64,000 bases of DNA. It comes from a virus. This document shows, one piece after another, positions 58,528-64,000 of this stretch. Location: the IMG/VR virus record IMGVR_UViG_3300009605_004544, positions 42,982-106,981 of that record; one strand, 5' to 3'. Each line of letters begins with the position of its first letter. Position 1 is the first letter of the stretch. A model generated the notes under the pieces. It did no database searches and was not told the origin of the DNA. It was given only the letters and a program-made list of their open reading frames with translations. The translations under genes were made by a program, and so were the position numbers.

Positions 58528-59177
58528 TGTAAACTACCCTTAACTGCTCTTTCTACTATGTCATCAATAACAGATTCAATATTGCCCAGTGCTCTTGTAG
58601 CAAAGTTGTCTACAGAAGTTCCTGAATACTCAGGAGGAACTTGCCAAGCCCCCTTTTGCTTACTGATCATAATTCCCATTCCGGTACGACTGTTTCTAGT
58701 AATTGCGCTAGTAAATTCATATTTTGTAATTATTCTTTTATCGCCTTCTAATAAAAGCCATTTCAGCCAAGGTATTATTGCCTGTCCGCGACGACCTTCA
58801 TACGTGTAAGAGGATTGGGGTAATGATAGAACGTCGAGATAATCATCTTTGATGATGCCGATATCTATTAATAAAAAGGGGTTTTTACCCGCCTTAACTT
58901 TCACCGAAATATTGTTCACCCATGTGTCAATAATTGTAATAATTCTCACGTCCGAATTCGGAATTCCTAGCTCACCTCGCAATTTACCTTGCAATATAGA
59001 TCTATACTCGGGAGTTGAAATCAATGATTCTCTAACAGATTTTCTAAGATCGTTTGTAATTGTAGTCCTAATAACGTCTGCTTTTTGTTTAATCTTTTTA
59101 GCCATCTCTTTTATAACATTTTTACTAAATTCTCCAGCAAAGCCTGATTCTAATTTGACACCAACAAATAACTCCAT
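58524..59177 (-). CDS. Putative neck/tail completion protein
   Basis: Position in the head-tail block; PWLKWLL and GTSVDNF motifs; TAATG coupling. Confidence 0.5.
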   Translation of the reverse strand: MELFVGVKLESGFAGEFSKNVIKEMAKKIKQKADVIRTTITNDLRKSVRESLISTPEYRSILQGKLRGELGIPNSDVRIITIIDTWVNNISVKVKAGKNPFLLIDIGIIKDDYLDVLSLPQSSYTYEGRRGQAIIPWLKWLLLEGDKRIITKYEFTSAITRNSRTGMGIMISKQKGAWQVPPEYSGTSVDNFATRALGNIESVIDDIVERAVKGSLQ

Positions 59178-59704
59178 TAGCCGATTCTCTTCCAAGTACA
59201 CAGAACGAATTCGTTGTTACCCAACCCGATAGGTGTTGGTTCACTAACTCTTTCATATCTGTGACTAAAGAATCCAGAAACTTCGGTGGCTACTATAATT
59301 TCTTTAGCTCGTCGGAGCTTAGGGGTGAGTTCCTTCTTGGCTAAGGTTTGTATGAGGCCATCGGCAGTATTCACAGGAGTAGATATTCCCAAAAATTCTC
59401 TGGGTTCAAAAATAACTGCTAAATTGACATTCTCAGAAGTTGTAATGGGCTTTTTGCCTGCACCGTTACAGAGAGGACAGATGCCTGCAAAGGGAAATGG
59501 AACAGGGCCTCCGTCTTGGAATCTATTAGAAGACTTTCTTCCTATAGGATCAAAAACACAATTGACACAATTTTCGTACTTTGTAATTCCGTATTCCAGC
59601 GTACATCCGATAGTCAGAGCGTCGTTCTCCAATATTGCAGAAATTGCATTATTGAAAATCGTTTTAAAATTGCTATCTATAATACCGCTGAATGGATTAA
59701 CCAT
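59177..59704 (-). CDS. Putative head closure protein with Zn finger
   Basis: CVNC...CPLCNGAG; position in the head-tail block. Confidence 0.5.
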   Translation of the reverse strand: MVNPFSGIIDSNFKTIFNNAISAILENDALTIGCTLEYGITKYENCVNCVFDPIGRKSSNRFQDGGPVPFPFAGICPLCNGAGKKPITTSENVNLAVIFEPREFLGISTPVNTADGLIQTLAKKELTPKLRRAKEIIVATEVSGFFSHRYERVSEPTPIGLGNNEFVLCTWKRIG

Positions 59705-59717
59705 TTAAACACCACTA

Positions 59718-59951
59718 TTAAGAGCAGGGAGGACAGCCTGTAAAGGCATTATTGTATGTGTCATATACAGTGCCTGTAGCAGGTAGTGTAGAGGCAAGTG
59801 TATCTGCCCCAGCATATCCGGCCCCAAAAGCATAATTGGTATCTAAAAAGCCACTCCCTCGTGGAGATGATACTACCACTCCACCATTATTGATAGTCGT
59901 AGACTGATATGGACCAGCCCCCGACATCGCATATGTAATAACGTCAGACAT
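59718..59951 (-). CDS. Small hypothetical virion-module protein
   Basis: 77-aa Gly/Thr-rich ORF with GGGGTG RBS. Confidence 0.5.
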   Translation of the reverse strand: MSDVITYAMSGAGPYQSTTINNGGVVVSSPRGSGFLDTNYAFGAGYAGADTLASTLPATGTVYDTYNNAFTGCPPCS

Positions 59952-59961
59952 AATTCACCCC

Positions 59962-60513
59962 TTAATATCTAGGATACGTACCCCCCAAGCCTTCATTGCT
60001 AGCCAAGCCAATGCCGCCAAGCATATTGCGTGGATCATAGTCATTGGCAACGAAGGGAGACATGACCGCTCGAATAATTTTAGAGCCGTCATAGCTCATG
60101 TTATACAACTCTACTAATCTGGCATAAGCCTTACACGGTCCTTCATTTAGAAGAGTTCCTAAATATTGCCCGTAACTGCTAGTCTGCAATGCTGCTGGGC
60201 CTATACGAGCCGTAACCCCTTGGGCTAAGGCAGCCGTTCTAAAGTTGCCTTCGTCAGCAATGCACGCAGATTTGAGGACCATCAAATTTATAAACTCATC
60301 TCCGTCTGTCTGAGCGACAGGATCAGGCGTTATAGTTCTACTCTCAACATTTACTACATAGTCAGTCTTGAAATTGACCTCTAAGGGAAGTAAATAGGCT
60401 GAAGTGATTAGTAAGTCCTCTAGCCTTTGCGGCGGATACCTTACAGAATCACATCCTGCATCGTTTAGCAGGGTGCGTAGCATTATTAAGCTAGTATTTT
60501 GCCATGTTGCCAT
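59962..60513 (-). CDS. Putative head-tail adaptor
   Basis: LIMLRTLLND...YPPQRLEDLL resembles gp15/gp6-type adaptor N-termini. Confidence 0.55.
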   Translation of the reverse strand: MATWQNTSLIMLRTLLNDAGCDSVRYPPQRLEDLLITSAYLLPLEVNFKTDYVVNVESRTITPDPVAQTDGDEFINLMVLKSACIADEGNFRTAALAQGVTARIGPAALQTSSYGQYLGTLLNEGPCKAYARLVELYNMSYDGSKIIRAVMSPFVANDYDPRNMLGGIGLASNEGLGGTYPRY

Positions 60514-60514
60514 A

Positions 60515-60826
60515 TTATTGATCCGTTACGTACAAGGTGCCATCCCCTTCAATAATTTGAGAGGAGTCTGTATTTACCAATACCTCTACACGGTATGTGC
60601 TTCCTAGGGTGCCGCTAGCAATATACATAGTGACACTTTTTGCGTCGGAAGAGATTCCAGAAGAGGTGATACTTAAGTCTGTAGCATAGCCGCCAACCTT
60701 TTCAGAAGATAGGGAGCTTATCGAAGTAATAGATTCTCCAGCCGCCAGAACACTGGTGAAGTCCATGGAGAACTGGCGTGTTTCGGCGGGCTGCTTGCAC
60801 AGTCGTTGATTTGCTGTTAATGCCAT
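60515..60826 (-). CDS. Putative fibre/tail adaptor (small beta-sandwich)
   Basis: KQPAETRQFSMDF...GESITS...GTLGSTYRV pattern. Confidence 0.55.
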   Translation of the reverse strand: MALTANQRLCKQPAETRQFSMDFTSVLAAGESITSISSLSSEKVGGYATDLSITSSGISSDAKSVTMYIASGTLGSTYRVEVLVNTDSSQIIEGDGTLYVTDQ

Positions 60827-60828
60827 AA

Positions 60829-61569
60829 TTATGCCGTTATACCAGAAATTTGAACTTGATAAAAACTATTAACTGAAGCGTCTCCAGCCCCCATACTTAA
60901 TTTCAACCAAACCCCTTGATAGTCTGCGGCTGCCAATGCACCGCCTACCATTCCGCTGGGTCCAGTGCCGAACCCTCCGGTAACACCAGTGGGCGAGGTT
61001 GTTCTATTTGTAATAGTTTGAGCCGATTTCTTTGAGTCTTCAATTGCAAAATTAATCTTATCATATTGACCACTACTTACTTCGATGATTGTAGCGCTAG
61101 TTAGGGCGCTGCTGGAATTGTTGTTCTTTACAAAAACTTTGTCATAAAGGGTTTTGGTAGTACTGATATTAGATGTCGCATCGTAAAATGGTCTACAAAA
61201 GCCGCTTTCGCCAACAGGGATGTCTGTGATTTTGTTGATTCCATTTCCACTCGCTGTAATAACCCCTGCCGCCCCTGATGACAAAACGCAGGTTAATATT
61301 CTTTCATATACATTCGAGGTTGTTACAAGGGTTGTTCCAACAAGCGTTAAGTTTTCGCTTATAATGGAACCTCCCGCATTTCTACCAGTTATCGCTATAT
61401 CTTGTGTATCTAATGCACTTGAGCTTACAAATTTAACAGTTGCTGCTGATGAGGGATCATCAAAAGTAGCTCTTATATAACTATTAATGTCACCCCCGGC
61501 GGTACTTGAGTCGTCAGTTGGCTTGTTTGAAGCCATATATATTACTAAGTCAGCACTTGCTACGCTCAT
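60829..61569 (-). CDS. Virion structural protein (hypothetical)
   Basis: Ser/Thr/Gly-rich, YDKVFVKN, GVWLK. Confidence 0.55.
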   Translation of the reverse strand: MSVASADLVIYMASNKPTDDSSTAGGDINSYIRATFDDPSSAATVKFVSSSALDTQDIAITGRNAGGSIISENLTLVGTTLVTTSNVYERILTCVLSSGAAGVITASGNGINKITDIPVGESGFCRPFYDATSNISTTKTLYDKVFVKNNNSSSALTSATIIEVSSGQYDKINFAIEDSKKSAQTITNRTTSPTGVTGGFGTGPSGMVGGALAAADYQGVWLKLSMGAGDASVNSFYQVQISGITA

Positions 61570-61570
61570 G

Positions 61571-61834
61571 TTATTTAATGTCCCATTTTAGGTTCTGGGC
61601 ATCAATTTTCCAGCTTAATGTTTGTAAGTTCAGAGTCCATTGGGTTCCCCTGCCACTTAATACCCATTTTAGGGGTAGCGGAACACTTTTCTCTCCTATA
61701 ATTTCAACAGGAAGATTGTTAAGAACAATGACTTCTCCAGCACGTATTTCTATTGGAACGCTACGAAGTACAACGACGGTGCCGCCGGGAAGGGTGCTGA
61801 GAGGGGTCTGGCTAAATGAGCTAAATCCAAACAT
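61571..61834 (-). CDS. Hypothetical virion-module protein
   Basis: MFGFSSFSQTPLS N-terminus; tight coupling to neighbours. Confidence 0.55.
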   Translation of the reverse strand: MFGFSSFSQTPLSTLPGGTVVVLRSVPIEIRAGEVIVLNNLPVEIIGEKSVPLPLKWVLSGRGTQWTLNLQTLSWKIDAQNLKWDIK

Positions 61835-61846
61835 AGCATATTCTCT

Positions 61847-62389
61847 CTAATCTAAAAACATTAAGAACGCTGATGGATGCACTGGTGCGGGGGCAGCAGC
61901 AGCGGGTGCCGAAGCGTCCGGGCACTCAAAATATGCTTCAGTCAACTTCATGGTATCTCCCATCACCCCCGCATCTCTTGTAATCCATAGCTGTAGAGCG
62001 TCATAGTCACCTATAGACGCAGCTTCGGCAGTGGTTAGGGTAAAGCTGTAGTCAGTGAGGGTGCTTGTGTTTACGCTATTGTTGGTGACTGATCTGACTC
62101 CGCTACTACCCTGATAGAGGGCAACAATTAGGGGTGGTGGGCCGCCGAACATAACACCGGCAATGGCACGATATCTTACTATATGGTCGGCGTCACTAGA
62201 TGGGTCATCTGGGTTCTGTAATCCAAACTTGCATAGGTCGGGGTCATCTGACATCGTGTGCTCAGAAATGATGAAGTTGCTGTCCCCGGTGCCTTTCCTG
62301 ATATTTGAATTGAGCGCACCCTGACCACCTCCAGCGTTTGTCCACGCGCCATCTAAAACATCAGTATTTGGGCTTGCGTATTGTGTCAT
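61847..62389 (-). CDS. Hypothetical virion/fibre-associated protein
   Basis: Beta-rich 180-aa ORF overlapping the stop of the fibre gene. Confidence 0.55.
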   Translation of the reverse strand: MTQYASPNTDVLDGAWTNAGGGQGALNSNIRKGTGDSNFIISEHTMSDDPDLCKFGLQNPDDPSSDADHIVRYRAIAGVMFGGPPPLIVALYQGSSGVRSVTNNSVNTSTLTDYSFTLTTAEAASIGDYDALQLWITRDAGVMGDTMKLTEAYFECPDASAPAAAAPAPVHPSAFLMFLD

Positions 62390-64000
62390 TATATAATTCC
62401 TGTTCCTATTACAAATCCATCATAGGTATTGGTTCCGACGCATAAGAAACCGTAGAGTGACGCTTCGTTTGCATGGCCAGCGGCAGGCTGCACAGGAGGG
62501 GCGCCACCAGCCCACTTGATCGTGTTGAACCAAGTGCCCGAATGGCCTCCTGTCCCGTCTTGGAGTACCCGAATCATAAACCTTTGCCCCGAAGACGGAC
62601 TGCTTACTGCAAAGGTTCTGTCTGCCCCGAGCGTAACTTGGTGAACATTCGCCACATCTAAGTCGAAGGTGACAGTAGTTGCGTCAGCGTTGTTTTTAAT
62701 GTCTGCATAACTAGCTGCTTTATCTCGCCGCTTTCCAGTATCTTCCCATTGTACTCGCGTAGTGGTGGTGCCGCCATCTTTAGTCCTGATCTGGAAAAAG
62801 TTACCACTCTCGGCAATATCTACATTGATATCTTTATCTGCGTTAAGATTTCGAATATTAAGATTGTTGCCTCCATCGGCAACCCTAATTGTAGGACTAA
62901 CTGAAGACCTGCCAATGGTAAGGTTGACGCCGGTAGCAGTTACGCTTTGGCAAGTAATGTCGCCACCGGCGTCAACTTTAAACGCAACTGTCCCATTACT
63001 CACAAGGCCCTCGATCAGGTTTTCAGATTGGCTTGCGGCCCCCTCAACGATTAGGCCCTTGGTGCTGGCGCTGCTACACGTAATATCTAGCATTGCATCT
63101 GGGGTTGAATCATTTACTCCTATTCTGTCAAAAACCCCGGTTCCATTTACAGTTAATATGTTGGTGGTTTTATTCCAAGTTAAGTCGGAATCTCCACCGT
63201 AGCTGCTGCTATCATTAAACTGAATCTGAGTATTCGAGCCACCCGGCTGAAGCGATGTAATCGCATTAGCATTCGTCTGGCCCGTAGACGCAAGGTTCGT
63301 GGTCAACGTCGATATGCTAGCAGCGTTCGCTGTAGTGACGTTAGCGTTCGTCTGTCCTGTAGACGCAAGGTTTGTGGTCAGCGTTGTGATGCCATTGGCG
63401 TTCGTCTGGCCCGTGGCAGCGAGATTCGTAGTGAGGGTCGAGATGCTAGCAGCGTTCGCTGTAGTGACGTTAGCATTCGTCTGGCCAGTAGACGCAAGAT
63501 TCGTAGTGAGCGTCACTATACCAGCAGCGTTCGTTGTAGTGACGTTAGCGTTCGTCTGGCCCGTGGCAGCGAGATTCGTAGTGAGGGTCGAGATGCTAGC
63601 AGCGTTCGCTGTAGTGACGTTAGCATTCGTCTGGCCAGTAGACGCAAGGTTTGTGGTCAACGTAGTGATGCCATTAGCGTTCGTCTGACCCGTAGCAGCG
63701 AGATTCGTAGTGAGCGTCGATATACCAGCAGCGTTCGTTGTAGTGACGTTAGCGTTCGTCTGGCCCGTGGCAGCGAGATTCGTAGTGAGGGTCGAAATGC
63801 TAGCAGCGTTCGCTGTAGTGACGTTAGCATTCGTCTGGCCAGTAGACGCAAGGTTTGTGGTCAACGTAGTGATGCTATTAGCGTTCGTCTGACCCGTAGA
63901 AGCAAGGTTCGAAGTCAGTGTCGTGATGCCGTTAGCATTCGTCTGACCCGTAGCAGCGAGGTTCGTAGTGAGGGTCGAAATGCTAGAAGTGTTCGATGTA
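62389..64000 (-). CDS. Tail fibre/appendage protein with repetitive coiled-coil stalk (5' end lies beyond the window)
   Basis: The frame stays open to the window edge (...TSNTSSISTLTTNLAATGQ...); PGGSNTQIQFND motif; C-terminal QDGTGGH...IKWAGGAPP head domain. Confidence 0.75.
   Translation of the reverse strand, partial: TSNTSSISTLTTNLAATGQTNANGITTLTSNLASTGQTNANSITTLTTNLASTGQTNANVTTANAASISTLTTNLAATGQTNANVTTTNAAGISTLTTNLAATGQTNANGITTLTTNLASTGQTNANVTTANAASISTLTTNLAATGQTNANVTTTNAAGIVTLTTNLASTGQTNANVTTANAASISTLTTNLAATGQTNANGITTLTTNLASTGQTNANVTTANAASISTLTTNLASTGQTNANAITSLQPGGSNTQIQFNDSSSYGGDSDLTWNKTTNILTVNGTGVFDRIGVNDSTPDAMLDITCSSASTKGLIVEGAASQSENLIEGLVSNGTVAFKVDAGGDITCQSVTATGVNLTIGRSSVSPTIRVADGGNNLNIRNLNADKDINVDIAESGNFFQIRTKDGGTTTTRVQWEDTGKRRDKAASYADIKNNADATTVTFDLDVANVHQVTLGADRTFAVSSPSSGQRFMIRVLQDGTGGHSGTWFNTIKWAGGAPPVQPAAGHANEASLYGFLCVGTNTYDGFVIGTGII
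63256..64000 (-). repeat. Coding tandem repeat of mixed 75-bp (25-aa) and 54-bp (18-aa) units
   Basis: LTTNLA[S/A]TGQTNAN[VTTxNAA][S/G]I[S/T/V]T repeated about 11 times, with synonymous variation. Confidence 0.9.

Noticed and set aside
63256-64000. CRISPR-like or non-coding repeat array
   Set aside because: Units are multiples of 3, in an open frame with synonymous variation, and there are no unique spacers. This is a coding repeat.

Overview
This window is a gene-dense 64 kb segment of a large, probably lytic, tailed dsDNA bacteriophage (standard genetic code; no rRNA, tRNA, CRISPR array or integrase seen). It has two convergent arms that meet at about 29,890. The + arm (1-29.9 kb) has three parts. 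First, a replication/recombination module: RecA/UvsX, DnaB, DnaG, dNMP kinase, several nucleases, and a DnaE polymerase split into two genes around a DEDDh exonuclease, with no intein. Second, a sigma factor followed by a nine-gene glycosyltransferase/nucleotidyltransferase cluster. Third, an auxiliary metabolic/cytoskeletal block: VOC dioxygenase, aldehyde dehydrogenase, volactin-like actin, class I aldolase and a lysine 6-dehydrogenase-like enzyme. The - arm (64-29.9 kb) is a siphovirus-like tail module: coiled-coil fibre, head-tail and neck genes, tail tube, two paralogous chaperone-like genes, a 3,891-aa tape measure protein, a 2,433-aa Cys-rich tail-tip/fibre protein and small Cys-rich proteins. 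It ends with PhoH and an ornithine-cyclodeaminase-family gene. The most notable candidates are a phage-encoded lysine catabolic route, a phage volactin-type actin with an adjacent membrane protein, the intein-less split DnaE, the glycosylation cluster, duplicated G/GT-like tail chaperones and the cysteine-rich tail tip. All family calls come from motif recognition by eye, not from database searches.
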